A stretch of 64,000 bases of DNA from Vicugna vicugna (lineage: Eukaryota). The DNA lies in assembly GCA_013265495.1 (NCBI GenBank), contig MU061578.1:691308-755307 (forward strand), written 5' to 3'. The translations under genes and the position numbers were made by a program. Positions within the stretch are counted from its first letter, which is position 1, and each line of letters begins with the position of its first letter. Below the pieces are notes generated by a model, which saw only the letters and a list, made by a program, of their open reading frames with translations, ran no database searches and was not told the origin of the DNA. Below are positions 1-13,381 of the stretch, piece after piece.

Positions 1-120
1 GTACAGTAACATGCTTAGCATGCACGAGGTCCTGGGTTCAATCCCCAGTACCTCCATCAAAATAAGTAAGTAAATAAATAAAAATACAAATAAACCTAAT
101 TACCTCCCCCCCTAAAAAAA
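1..120 (+). mobile_element. tRNA-derived SINE (camelid Vic-1-like), 5' end cut by the window edge
   Basis: catgcttagcatgcacgaggtcctgggttcaatccccagtacctcc (B box GGTTCAATCC), then a (TAAA)n-like stretch, aaacctaattacctcccccc and an A-rich tail. Confidence 0.85.
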
Positions 121-1539
121 AATTTAAAAAATTTTTTAAAAACCTACAAAAATATAAGGGGAAAAAAAACCCTAAAAAAATTCTCCCTCTCTGGGAGGGA
201 AAAATAGATGTAAGTCCAAGACAGGGTGTATTAAGGCAAGAAGAATGATGACGTTTTTGAAAAAAATTTTAGTCATGGAGGTCACTCATGAAACTTGGGT
301 TTCTACCAACATACGTAGAAGTAGATACTAATGGGGGAAAGAACATGATGTATAACTTTGGCATTGATTTTCATTTCATGAGAAAATCAGCTCTGCCGTG
401 GGTCTAGAGACAAAAAGCAAAAAGCTGTTCATAGGATTGTTTTAAGGTACCTCCCCCTGGCAAAGCTGGTTGTAGGGAGCAGGGCACAACCTGCGGAGGC
501 AAACGGAAAATGCTTGGCCGTTGACTAAAGCGAGCCCACAGCGTGGTGTTCCTTCAAAACAAGCGTGCAGATGTGAATTCAGAACAGTGATTGTTAGTTT
601 TCAATCTGGGGACGGGTTTTTCTGTGGCAGAAATGCCGTCTTTGAGGGAGACAACATAGCGGCCGTCTGAATGCATTGCGTGAAAATGCAGCCCCCCACC
701 TTTTCCTTCTGAGTCGTTTAATGGTGAATTTGTGTTTGTCTCTAATACTGGGCAGAGCTTCAACCTTTGTGGAAAACCCAAGGTAACAATTTGGCAGCGT
801 TCTCTTCCAAGGCAGGAGGAAAATACAGCAGCCCCGAACGATTCCTCGTAAATGAAAAGCCCCCTTTCCTCCTCAGGGTGACCTCTACCTTCAGAATCTG
901 ATGGTTTTATTATGATTAATAAATTTCATTTCCACAGAGGAAAAGGGACCATGTCAGCTCCGACCGCAAGCAAGGAGGCTTCTTTTCAAATGCTAATTTC
1001 GAAACACACCCTTGTGTGACACTACGGTTTCCACCCAAGGTTAGGAGGGAAGATGTGGACTTGAGCGCTGTTCCTGCAGCAGACGTGCCAGGCACGTCAG
1101 CGACCGCACATCCTCAGAGCCGGCCAAGCACAGCCCCAGGGAAGAAGGGCAGTGCCCAGGGACCTCGACGGGAAGGATGCGCAGATGTCTTGTGGCCGCC
1201 ACGCTCTGACTGCCCTGCACCCATGGTGACCCTCCACGCTGCCCACCCCTGGCCACAGCGGACACTATTGCAGTCAGGTCAGGATGCTGTTCACGGCCCC
1301 ACATCCCATCCGTCAGAAATTACAGATGAAATCTTAAACGTGTCCACTTCACTCCATTCACCCTCTCACCACCCTGACGGAAGCTGCCAGTGTCATCAGT
1401 CATCAGAACCAAACTGAAAGCAGCCTGAAGTCTTGTCCCTTAGGTTCTCCTCATGCTTCTTCACACCGCGAGCCATTTATATCTATATCTGTCTGTCTAT
1501 CTAGCTATCTATCCATCTATCTAGTTAGATGTAAATCTA

Positions 1540-2075
1540 TATGCATCTCATCATATCATCCCCTTGCTTAAAACCCTTCAATGGTTTTTCCATTGATCCT
1601 AGAATAAAATTCAAATTTACAAGTTGCCCCTGCCCGCCTCTCAGTCTTATCTTACGCCTCTCTGCCCTTAGCTCACTGTGCTCTGGCACGCTGGCCTCAT
1701 CAGTGCTCCTTGGACACATGCAGATCCGTTCCTCCTCAGGGCTTCGGTCCTCGCTCATCTTCCACCTGAACTGCTTCCTTTCATCCTTTATCAGATCAAA
1801 TGTCAGCTCCCGGGACTCACCTCTGTCCCCCACTGCTCGTCCTTAAGCACGCTTTCCAACCCCTTTCCCATCTTTCACATCATGGAGCAAATCTGAATTC
1901 CTTTTGTTTACTTACCTCCAGGAGGGGTGGTTTGTCTGTCCCCCCTCCTGAAGTCAGCCCCATGGGGGTTGGGGCTGAGTCTGTTTTGTGCACCTGTTTC
2001 TCCCCAGTGTCGAGGATGACACTGGCCACTGGGCCAGTGAATAAGGGACCAAGCTGATGCCACTCATTGAATGAA
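1540..2075 (+). mobile_element. L2 LINE 3' fragment
   Basis: L2 hallmarks 'cttgcttaaaacccttcaatgg...agaataaaattcaaa' and 'cctcagggctt', with a degenerate (TGAA)n end. Confidence 0.75.
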
Positions 2076-5040
2076 GGCAGAGAGAGGGAGGAGTAGAGAG
2101 AGAAGAGAGGTCTGGCAAGACCCTGTAGCCAGCATGGCAATTCTGTCTGGAGCTAAGATTCTCTCAGCTGTGTTTTCTGAAGATTCTTAGGTCAGCTGCT
2201 CCCAGATTCAGTCAAAACCCCTCAAGACACTCAGAAACACAGTTTCTTGAGACTTGAAATACAAGGTGTATCATTTCACATCACCCTCTGAAAGTTCACA
2301 AAACACTAGCCAAGTTGCCTTAAAGTTCATCAAAGGGAAAACACCAACAAAGGAAGAAAAGATAACTGCTTTTGCTGGCTAGTTCAGCACCACCTGCAGC
2401 CATCATGAGCCCCGCTCTGTGGCCGACCTTGGCAACAAGTTCCAGCCAGGAGGCCCGCCTGCTCTGGGCAGGGCAAAGGCCTGGGGCCAGAAGATCCAGG
2501 TTTGGGTTCTGCCTTGGCAACGTCCTTGCTCAGTGATGCAGGCAAACCACTCTCTCTGAGCCTCATTTCCCTTGTTCATAAAATGGTTTTGTTCTGTCTG
2601 AGCCCTGCCTAATTCACAGATAAAGTGCAAGGAAAGAAACCAGATCCATTTGAAAGCAGTTTGCAGACAGTGGAGATGACGACACAGGGGTTCTTATAGA
2701 GAATTTCACAAGCCGGTCATTCACGCCTGCCCAGACGGTGGGTCTGCAGAGGCACAAGGAAAGATCCTGTTCTAACAGGATCACGTGTAGCTCTGGCAAT
2801 CAACTCACAGATGCTTTTGGAGTCAAGATCTGTCTCCTTTACAAGTTACAGATGTAGTTTAAATTGCTGTATTTGAACTTAAGGTGATGTTGGCATCAAA
2901 TGAGTAAGTAAGCTGCCTGTTGAATGGGAAATATGAACCTGTGTTTGTTAAAGTGCTTGGTCAACTCTACTGAGAGATGTAAATACGACTTACCATTAAC
3001 ATCTTCTAAATCTCGCTACAGCAAGCTGGATGCTAATGAAAGACAATAGGGCCATGTTGGTGCCCCACCCCAGGGTTTTAACAGTCAAGTGATTTTCTCA
3101 TAGGGACGTAGTAGGTCCCTCTATAGATCTGAATTGAGTCTTCATGCTCCTGGGACCTTTCACTCTTACTTTAGCATCACCTCCCCACACCTTCTGTCCC
3201 AGAGATGGCTGGGGAAATCCCAGCGGGGCAGAAAGATGAATAAAATATGCTCGGCTATCAGATGGAGTTCACAAGGTGGTGTAGGTCTCCTGGACAGCCC
3301 AAATGCAGCCTGCAGGTGCAAAGGCATGTGTCCCCACCACACAGAGAATGCAGTATGCCTTCAAAACAGGATACCTCACAAGGGATCAGAATGCATGCCC
3401 CCAGTTTCTGCAATGCCATGAGGGGCTACAGTGCCCTCCTAATTATATCTAAGATAGTTTGGAAGGTATTTGGGAATTTAATCCATGCAAGTCACATACT
3501 TGCCGCACAAACAGGGTCCTGCACCATGGCCCCGTGGTTCCAGCAGCCTGCAGTTTGGAGAGCAGTGGTATAGGTCCCCACCCCTCTCCTGTGGTCTCAG
3601 ACGTCAGTTGCTCAGTAGGTCTTAATGAATACTCACTGCGGAATAGTCCTTTGTGACCATGGTAGCCATCTCCTAGTCTAATCTAGGCAAGTGCTCATAC
3701 AGCTGTAGACCATGGAGGTGACCAGGCTTTATTCTAAAAGCTTCCCAAGATATGTAAGTCAGAGTGATGGAAACAGTCCCATAACTCAAAACCTCCAAGA
3801 AAAGACAGGGTAGAAATGGAAGAAGTTCTCTAAGATGAACAAGGAGCCATCCCAACCCGACCTGACCCCAGCATTTCTGAATTCTGCTGCTGCTCACTTC
3901 CTGAGCTTGGATTTGAAATGATCATCTTCACAAATCACTCTTTCTCAATCTCATGACTCTTTTCCTCAGAAGTAGGAGGGAAAGCATCTTTGGGGCTCCC
4001 TGGCTTCTCACTGGGAAGCCACGGAGTTTGTTGTTACGCACGGATGCCTGAACTGTGTGGACAGAAGTAACCACGTACACCCTGAGGAGTCCATGAGAAC
4101 CAGATCATGCCACCCACGGCAAGTCAGATGGCATCATCCTTTCCACACCCTCTCAGTGCAATTCAGAACCTCTTCCTATTCTGAATCCCAGCAGAGCAGG
4201 TTTGAGGTAAGAACCTTGATTCCACATTCATCAGATCAGTAGCAGCCACGGTCTGAGAGTCAAGAAGACACAGTAAGCCCTGCTTTTGGCAACACAGCTC
4301 CTCCCCTCTGGACTGTCTTCTTCAACGAAAGACCAAGGGCCACACTCTCTTTAATGCCAAAGCCAAGGCCACCCTCCTTTAGAAAGTCCATTTCACCTTC
4401 TATGCGACCTGATGACAGCTCTACCAAATTCACTAAGAACTTCCCATCATGCTTTAAAATCAACATGACACCCCAGCTACAGTTTCATCCCTAGGGGAAC
4501 CACAATGATAGTTTCCCGTTTGCATCCTTCCTGAGATCTTCGATATGCCTGAAGACAAGCAGGGTTGAACAGTAGCTAAGGATTCCTCAAGGTCAGAATT
4601 CCTAGCATCAAATTCTGCTTCTGCACTCTCCCTGCTAAGTAACCTCAGACTGCGGATCTCCTCGCCGAGCCGGTTTCTCCATCCATGAGCGGAGATAACA
4701 ACGGTGCACACTGACTGTACAAGGCTATGGGGAGGCTGAGATGAGGGCTGTGGGTTATCGGTTAGTTAGAAACAGAACAAGTGTCAGTTACGGTTGCTAC
4801 TGAGATTACTGACAGGATTGACGCTCTTGCTGTCTCTCCATTCCATGTGGGGTCCCTGCGGTAAAGCCCGTGGAATACATGCGGCAGAGCTACCCACGAA
4901 CTGAGTCGTCCTGCTGAATCCCTGTGTCCTGGCACCACCCCCACCCCATGTAACTCAGATCAAAATTCTAAGAGGTTCTCTAACAGGATGAGAAGGAGAT
5001 AGATTCTGGGGTCCTGTACCCCAGGGATGTCCCTCTACAG

Positions 5041-5083
5041 CATACACACGCACGCACACACAGACACACACACACACACACAC
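5041..5083. repeat. Imperfect (CA)n
   Basis: Read directly. Confidence 0.9.
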
Positions 5084-5265
5084 TCGGAGACAAAATTGAT
5101 ACGTGAAGTCAAGACACACTGCCAACATCCAGGTTATCTGTCGCAATATTTTAATTCCAGGTGAGTGTATCGCCTCTAAGAGGCCAGTTCTTGGAGCACA
5201 CGCATTCCTTCAATTCCTTCAATTCTATTCATTTGAGAAAAATGAATGAAAACATGGCTCTCACA

Positions 5266-5602
5266 TGGTACTGTCCGAGAGAAATGTAATGAGAGCCAGA
5301 GATGTGAACCACACAGGATATCATAAGTTTTATAGCAGCCACATTCAAAAGAAAAAAGGGGGGGAAAGAAAACAGGTGCCATTCGTTTTTATATTTTAAT
5401 TTAACCTAATATATTAAAACATTAAAATTTCAATGTGACATCGACATAGAGGTTACCAGTGAAACATTTCACATGATGTTTGCACTAGGTTTTTGAAATC
5501 TAGTGTCTGTTGTACACTTAGAGCTCATCTCCATGAGGACCAACCACATGCCAAGGGCGCAACAGCCATGTGGTCATCGGGCACCGTGCTGCAGAGCACG
5601 AG
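5266..5602 (+). mobile_element. MER33-like hAT-Charlie DNA transposon
   Basis: 'tagcagccacattcaaaag...aaacaggtg...tttaacctaatatatt...gaaatctagtgtctgttgtacacttagagctcatctc...acagccatgtgg' is colinear with the MER33 consensus as recalled. Confidence 0.75.
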
Positions 5603-5689
5603 TCTAGAAAAACCTATTGAATGTTCTTCCCATGGGAAGAGGGAAGATGCCTGAAGGAGCAGCCCTATGTTTCCTGGAGTGTGATCTGA

Positions 5690-5870
5690 GCACTCTTCTA
5701 TCGGAATGACCTGGGGGAGCTCGTAAGAACATAGATTGACAGGCTCCTCTCCAGACCTAGGAATCAGAATCTCCGGGGCGGAGAGAGGGGAGGCTGATGC
5801 TGAATCTGCATCTGTAACAAGTTCTGCAGGTGACCGTCACCCACGCTGACATGTGGGTGACATAACTGCT
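5690..5870. mobile_element. MER5A-like element
   Basis: 'gaatgacctgggggagct...ccagacctaggaatcagaatctccgggg...aatctgcatctgtaacaagttc'. Confidence 0.7.
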
Positions 5871-6313
5871 GTTCTATATTTTTGAAAAATTCTGCCCTGA
5901 TTAGCAGTCCCTTCCTCAGGCTAATTCAGATCTCTCTAGACATCTTTAATTTTCTTAAGGAAACTGATAAAGACATTCATTTGTATAGGGTATTATTATT
6001 GCATGTAACAAGCTTTGAACTATGCCTAGTATACAGTAAGCACTCAATAAATGCGATGATTATTAAGTTCCTTTGTCTGTATGTGCCCTTAGCACCTCGT
6101 ACTTCCCGTATTATCATACCCACCACATTTGACTGGAAACAGACCAATTAACTACAAATCAATTTGCTGCATGACAACTTTGCTGAATAATCAAATCACC
6201 AAAATGTGAGGGAGGCAATTAGGTGAAATTTGCTCAAGGATCAATTAGAGGAATGGCCAATTTGGAAATTTCTTCTAAATGTTATCTGAAGTCTCAGTGC
6301 AGCTGCATGAATG

Positions 6314-6318
<5 letters not shown>

Positions 6319-6344
<26 letters not shown>

Positions 6345-6358
6345 TTGTGTGTGCGTGT
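6319..6358. repeat. (TG)n microsatellite
   Basis: Read directly. Confidence 0.95.
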
Positions 6359-7178
6359 TCAGGTTGTGGGGAGGAATAGAAAGATGGATGGCGGTAGTGA
6401 CACCCTCCACAGTGCCCCTGAATTTGCCAAATGTTGCTTCTAATAATTACTTAAAGCATGTAGCAACCACAGGGACTGGCTTCCACAGCATATACAGATG
6501 TTTATTCGGTTCAAGCTCATTCGCAGACCCATGTGTCTTATCCAGTGCTCATAAGGAGCTGGGAGCGTGTCCCCAGGTTGGCTCCCCATTGCCACCATGA
6601 TGGTATGTGGTGTGGTGGAGGGGGTGAGACTTGCTGCTGGATGGAGACCACCTGCACCCGACAGACACACGAGCATGGCACACACTCCCTTGTGTGCCCT
6701 TGGCAGGGGGCAGCTGGGAGCCTGGACTCTGGAGCCAAAACAACTAGTTCAAAGTGTCTGGTACTTTTCAGGGCATGGGTGATCCTGTTAATTGATTTTT
6801 AGCCTCTGATTTTCAGCAAAGGAAAGACGTCTGGAGGATTGCCCTAGGACACACTTGGCTTGTGTGACCCTGTCTCCTTGGAGATGCAGAATTCTCCCTT
6901 TGCCGCTCTGTCCTGCACCCAGACCCGGGCCCACCACACCCAGTGCTCAGCATACACAAGCTGCAGGAAGGAAATAAAATCTCCCACGGGAACATCTGTT
7001 TAGAGAACCATCCAGTTCCCTCGGGTTCCCTCACAGGTTTAGCAAGTCTGCCCCTCAACTCACAAATGCTAGTTTTCTAGGAGCAAGACAGCACAGCTGA
7101 AGAAAGCGGAAGAATTCCACCTGGGGGCAAAGGTCAACGTTCCAAGGTCAAGGTGAAAGGAGCACTTGGGGGCAGTGC

Positions 7179-7345
7179 GGTCCAGTGGAAAAGAGCTCTG
7201 GCATGAGACAGACCCCAGGGTGACCACGGGCAAGTTGCCAAACCTCTCTGGACCTGAGCGTTTTTTCTTTTTTAATTTGCAAACCAAGGATGAGAGTAAC
7301 ATCAGCCTTGCCGAGCTACTGTCATAAATGAGATGTGCATGTATA
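7179..7345 (+). mobile_element. MIR SINE
   Basis: 'cagtggaaaagagctctgg...gggcaagttgccaaacctctctgg...taaatgagat'. Confidence 0.65.
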
Positions 7346-7769
7346 TATGCAGACACACACACCTGTGTACGCACACGTATGTACACATGCATGTGTGTAC
7401 ATGTATACACTGTATACAATTTATTGTACTTGCAAGTACACAGAATTTACTCAATAAATGACAGGTAGCTATGACTATGCCCTGGAGAATCCAGCAAAGC
7501 CCATATGAGAGACAGTGACCAGAGGGATGAAGGGCTTTCCTGCTTTCCTTTCAGACTCTGTGGAAATAACCAGTACACCCTTGGAGCAAGAGGGAGGGCA
7601 TGGATATTTAACACAAACTGGCCCCTGTGAGTTCCTAATCTGCCAGCACATCCTGTTTGTTCCCTTGTCAAAATACAGCCCAAGAGAACCACTTCTCCAG
7701 TCTTCTACAGGGGACTCCCAGCCATCATGGCTGCTCTTGCCATGCTGCAATCCACCTCACCATTAAGAA

Positions 7770-8320
7770 AAAAAGTCAGATCACAGCTGATCCTCCAGTG
7801 CCTTCCTATCACACTTAAAATCTCAAATGGTTTCTGTGGCCTCCAAGTCCTAATTTGTTTGGACCCCTGGCTATCATCTTGATACGTTCTCTCCAATTCT
7901 CACTTGTTCTCACACGCTCTGGCCAGAACGCTGCAAGCATGCCTCCACCACGGGACATTTGCACTTGCTGCTTCTGCAGCCTGAAATGCTTTCAATTCTT
8001 GGCTCACACCCTGGCTTAATTCAGGTCCCTGCTCAAGTGTCACCCTCTCAGAGAGGCCACCTCTGATCAGTGAATATAAAGTGATATTGCATCTTACTTT
8101 CTATCCCTGCCCTTCTTTTTTGATTCATTGTAGTGATTTGATGACTTTACATGCAGATATGTTACATGTTCATTCATGCACATGTTTGAGGTCTGGTCTG
8201 CACTAGGATGGGGGCTCTTTGAAGGATGGAGGCTCTTTGAAGGAAGGGCTTCTTTTGATTTATTTAATGCTATGTCCTGAAAGCATAGAACAGCGATGAC
8301 TCAAAACACATTAATTAACT
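7770..8320 (+). mobile_element. L2 LINE 3' fragment
   Basis: 'ctccagtgccttcctatcacacttaaaa', 'gacatttgcacttgctg...gcctgaaatgct', 'ctcaagtgtcaccctctcagagaggcc'. Confidence 0.75.
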
Positions 8321-11218
8321 GACTTCTCAGCTGCTCTATCAAAATAAGTAACGTGCTTTTCAACCTCCATTCTTGTACAAGACCCACACTCTACCAGAAC
8401 TGCAATCCCTAGCCAGTCCTGGGAAAAAGTCCAATGATCAGAGCAGCAGGCAGACCTCGGGTTGAAGAGAAGGGAAAGTCAGCTTGCCCTTTCTGCCCGT
8501 CTCTTGCAGAATCCAACTCATTACAGGTTCTTGGTGTTACAGAACAAGAAACCGTTGGAGGGTTCAAGGTGGATGTGACAGCCGTGGAAACACGAGTCTT
8601 TCAGCAACAACCCAAACAAAATAAGAGTGAAACAACCAACAACCACTGCTGGAACCACTGACAGTGAATATCCATTTCCTTCTAGATACAGTCTCACAAA
8701 CCACACATGCTCCTGAAACATGTTTCATCTATGTGACCAGCAAGGCAGAATCGGAGCTTTGGCATCCTCTACCAAAGACCCAACTAAAAATCATCACTCT
8801 TCCTTTGGGAACTGAAAGAAGAATTCTTCAGTGTTCCCATTGCTCCTATTTGATGACTTTCACCTCCCCACCTCTGCCCTGAGCCACAGACAAAAGTGTC
8901 TGGCCATTTCTGCTCCCCACCCTGGGCAACTGGGTAAAGATAACCCTTCTTTATAAGAACTGCAGCTATCAAATCCATCAAGCCCGCGACACTGAGATGT
9001 AAAGCACCTTGTCGATCTCTTTTTTTAATGTCAATAAAGATAAGTTGCCTTTTTTTTTTTTTTTGGTCAAATACTGAAGTCCAGTAGACACCAGTATTCA
9101 AGAGACCCACCCCGGGGATCACTGTTCTGCATGTGGAGGGGAGCGCTCTAGAGAGCTGTGCTGTTTAGAGTGTGGGTGCCCTGGGTTTTTTCCAACGTGT
9201 GGGAGATAAGGAAGACTTCATCGAAACCACGAGTCACCACCTTTGTTGGCTGCGTGGTTCTGATTTTTCATTTTCATTCTGTGAGGAGGGTGGGCTGGCT
9301 GGGAGATAATTCACATTTGATTGATATGGGTGTCTCCTTTTTCATGCCTGATTCAAAATTCAGAGTTCAAATTGAACCTTATGAAGCATACAACACATTA
9401 TTAATATGGCCATCAAAGCAACAGGGATATCTCTCTCAATTTGAAATTTGATCAATAGCAATTCATTAAGAATTTACTGAGCAGCCATCCTAAATGAGAT
9501 AAGGTAGGTGAAAACACTTTCTTGACTCAGGCAAACTTTTATTATCTGCAGCCTCTTTTTGAAATACAGTGTGTGGACCACCTGCTTACAGCGCAGGGTT
9601 TTGTTAAGTCACGGGACAAAATCAATATCTCCCTCTTAGGTTGTGACTTCTCAGTGTTTGATCTGTGATGTCAAAATAGAACCTCAGACACATGGGAACA
9701 TGCATACACTCTGACAGGGGAGACAGACGCTCTGAGAGACCAGCAGACCCACAAATGATGTTCATTAACATTTTCCGCCAGTGTTCCCCCACCGCGCCAC
9801 CCCAAGCCGATTTCTCCTTTAGTTGCATGCTCCGTTCTCTGTAAGTTCTGCAGATGCGAAAGGACTCCTGTATCCCAAGAACATTCCCCGTCACCCCCAG
9901 CCATGCAACTATCCATCTCCTACTTTGCGGCATTAGTGCAGTGTTAACGGTTGTCACCACCTCTCAGAAGGAGAAACAGATACTGGAGGCAAAGAGTTGA
10001 GGAGGGAAAGTAGCAGGGCCATTACCAAAGGGGTTTCGTAGAAACGGAGTAAGCTGTCACTTTAAAAAAGGAGCATGCATACTTCAGGAACTCCCAGGGG
10101 GAACACTGTAAACTATTAAAGATGTTGAGACCAACTGTCAACGAAACAGAACAGAAAGGGCTGGGGACACGCTCCTGGTTCTCCCGGCTTCCCTGAGCTC
10201 TCTCTCTCCAAAGACTGTGAGCAGGGGGTGAAGCATTCGCAAACAAGCCTTTGTTCACTGCGCCCTTGATAACACGTGACTGGTAACAGGTGGCTGTCGA
10301 TTTCATGTGTGTTTTCGAAGGTCATGGCACGCTCAGTTACATGGGGATGAGCGGTAATGCCCTCCCTGGTTGGCTAAAAGCAACCCTTTGGTAAGATCTC
10401 CTAGTCATTGTTTTGGTCATAGTTTAGGCTTAAAAGCAAAAAACAAAATCTGATGTTAGTTAAGACACTCACCTATCTTGACATTTAATCAAGTAACTCC
10501 ATGCTAATGAAAGTCCAAACATAGCTGTTCTGAGCCACATCAAAGCAAAAAGACAGGCATTATTTGAATGGCTACGTCATGCAACGGTGCCAATTTCCAC
10601 CTGCCAAGGCCTTGATTTCAGAACCAGGAGGCTCTGCCTCTCTCGTGTCCTGCTACTTGTAACAGGTTTTAAAAGAAAGGAAACAGAGGATCTTTAACTA
10701 ATGGAATGAAGATCCCCTTCTTAGAAAACAGAGATAATTATATTCCCCAATGCCTCCAGCTTTATAGATTCAATCTTTTAGGGCCTATGATATAAATCTA
10801 TCATTGCATAGAGATCCCAAATAATCACATATAAATCTGTGTGAACCCAGACAGAACACGTCCAAAAACATAGAAGTCCCGTGTCTGTGTCCCTAAAATC
10901 TCCCCTGTTCAGTATTTTAACATAAGAGCACTGATTATATTGTAAGATTTTACTGTGGCTTCATTCAACATAGTCTTACTTTACTGGGTCATGTATTATT
11001 AAAACTGGAAATAAAATACCAACGTTAGCAAAATGCCTACTGTCTTTTCAGACAGCAGAGCCTAAAGGCTCTAGCTATACTCCGAAGATATACAGACTGT
11101 TGTTTTTTTTTTTTTTAACTAAACTTTCTAGCGTGACCAACTGCAGCATGTGAAGGAAAAAAAAAAAAAGGATACTGAGACTTGGATGGATGCATCAAGA
11201 AGTAGCAATGTTTGTTAC

Positions 11219-11271
11219 CTGCAGAGGTGTTACAAGATATTTCATCTGCTGCAACGAAGACGAACTGATTT
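11219..11271 (-). CDS. RBFOX1: RBFOX1 alternative exon A53 (frame-shifting cassette giving the cytoplasmic C-terminus), (R)NQFVFVAADEISCNTSA
   Basis: Minus strand: tcttctcttccag|AAATCAGTTCGTCTTCGTTGCAGCAGATGAAATATCTTGTAACACCTCTGCAG|gtaaca. Exactly 53 nt and open in the frame left by the 65-nt exon. Confidence 0.94.
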
Positions 11272-13200
11272 CTGGAAGAGAAGATAAAATTCACAATACT
11301 GCTCGCTCAGGGGGGAAGGCGCTCTCTGCCGACTGGGTCGATGTATTCAGATGAGGGGAGGGAAGGGTGCTGCGTTTGAATGGATGTTGCAAGGAAATGT
11401 GTTGCTATATCTTGGACTTGGAGAATTTAGGAAGACCATGAAACAGGCATGCAGGGTACCTTTCAACAAAATCATGGTGATGTCAGAATGTGGACCACAG
11501 ACAAGCTGTTGCACTGGGATATTAATACTATGTGTTACTAAAATGTCATCATGCTGGGGTATGTGTCCAAGGCGAAGGCATTTCAAGCTCAGCTCATATT
11601 TCTACGCTGGATTCCTATGCTCAAAGGAGACATTAGAAAAGTATTTTTTTTAGACTATTAGAAAAAAGAGTATACTTCAATTAGCTAGGAAAAAAATCAT
11701 AAAATTCCAGACTTCATTATTATAGTATAGTATTCAAAAACATTTTTAAAGGAAAGAAAAAGAAAAGCTGTCGTTTCAGAAGAGAATGTTAAATGGTGCC
11801 GTGTTATGGGTAATAATTTCCTCACCAAATGAGGCTTGCTACATAAAGAAGGTAAGAGAACTCATCAATTGAAATAAACCCTGTCTTGCCAAATTATTTT
11901 TAATGGTGCGGTATTAAAAAGAAAATAAAAGTGGAAAGTGCTGTTTCACTTTGATTTAGTAAATCCAGAAAGATGATAAAACTCTCTTAAGATGTTTCCA
12001 GCTGCGGCATTTCCTCAGTGTAACGTGGCCTAATTCAGAGGGACTGTCTGTTTCTCTAGAAATAAGAATGTCTGTGTCAGGCCGATTACAAAAGTGTCCC
12101 AGTGAGATTGGCTAGGCTCTTAAATGCCTCACAAGGAGGAGTACTGAGGCTTCTAATTCTCATTTGTTAGATTTTTTGGAGCATTTGAATCATTGGGAAC
12201 CAAGATAAATGCATTTTTGGGTTTTCGTTTGATTCGTCTTAGTTCCAATGTTTCAAAAAGTATCTAGTTATTGAGCATTCCTTAAAACATCTTAAAAAAG
12301 TTTTACTGTTGCAAGAGGTACACTCTGGAATATAAATAGAGCTACCATGTGAAAACTCACTCGAATTTAACATTCAGCTGAAAATTCTATCATTACGCAC
12401 CAGTGAAATCTAAACAAAATTATACATGGTCTGAGGATAGCATTTTTTTATGTTTCTTTTCCACATAAGACTTAACTAAGTTCGTTTATCACCTCTCTTA
12501 AAACAATGAAAGTTAGTGTTGTTGAATTTTTGCATCTTTCTGCTCTGACACAAACTTTTCGGGCCCCAGCGATACCTGGAATTGAATTTCCAAGGAGCAA
12601 AAAAATTAATATCCCTGAAAGTGAAGATGTTTGGGTTGAATATTTGTTTCGACTTGCTCCCCCTTTGACTTACTCAAGGGGCGTAAGGCACAGGCAGCTC
12701 ACATTACGCGTATGGCATTCTTGGGTGGCCCAAACCAGCACTTAGATAGGACCTCTGTTTATAGCATGCTCAAAAGAAGGACTTACCATAACTAGGAATG
12801 GTGATCTGGTTTATCCAAAGGGGCAAGCTCTTTGGAATAGCCATTTGCTTATCTAAGAGGGGGGCCTCATTAGTGGGGTGGCTCTATCCACTCCATGCTC
12901 CCTAATCTTAAAGACACTGTGGACCTGCATCTCTCTTCTGCATTCTCCCTAGGAGCTGTCCAGCCTGCTAGACTCAGGGAAAGGCATGGGAGGCGACCAA
13001 TGCAGATTAAGAAGTGACGATTGAATGAAGAGGGAAAACTGGTAAAAATGCAGCCTATGAGTATGGTTATAAAGGAATTAGACCCATGTCATTAATGGTA
13101 CCAGATATTTAGAAAAATAAGATGATTGTCCTTTACAGCACTCTTTGTTTTTTGACATGATACACTTCACTCCTAAAAAAAAAAAAAAATGCTACCGTTT

Positions 13201-13242
13201 CTCCATTTCCTCCTCTTCCCTTCCTCCCTCCCTTCCTTCTTT

Positions 13243-13305
<63 letters not shown>

Positions 13306-13381
13306 CTCTTTCTTTCTATGTCTCTTTCTTTGTCTCTTTCTCTCTTTCTTTGTCTCTTTCTCTCTTTCTCTCTTTCTCCCC
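13201..13381. repeat. Compound (TTTC)n / CT-rich microsatellite
   Basis: Long perfect TTTC array at about 13241-13304 with degenerate CT-rich flanks. Confidence 0.95.

Noticed and set aside
2383..2403. REST/RE1-like site TTCAGCACCACCTGCAGC
   Set aside because: Left half matches, but the essential GGACAG right half has three mismatches.
8206..8241. 18-bp tandem duplication (similar ones near 34660 and 39700)
   Set aside because: Ordinary slippage duplication; the 8206 copy is inside an L2 fragment.
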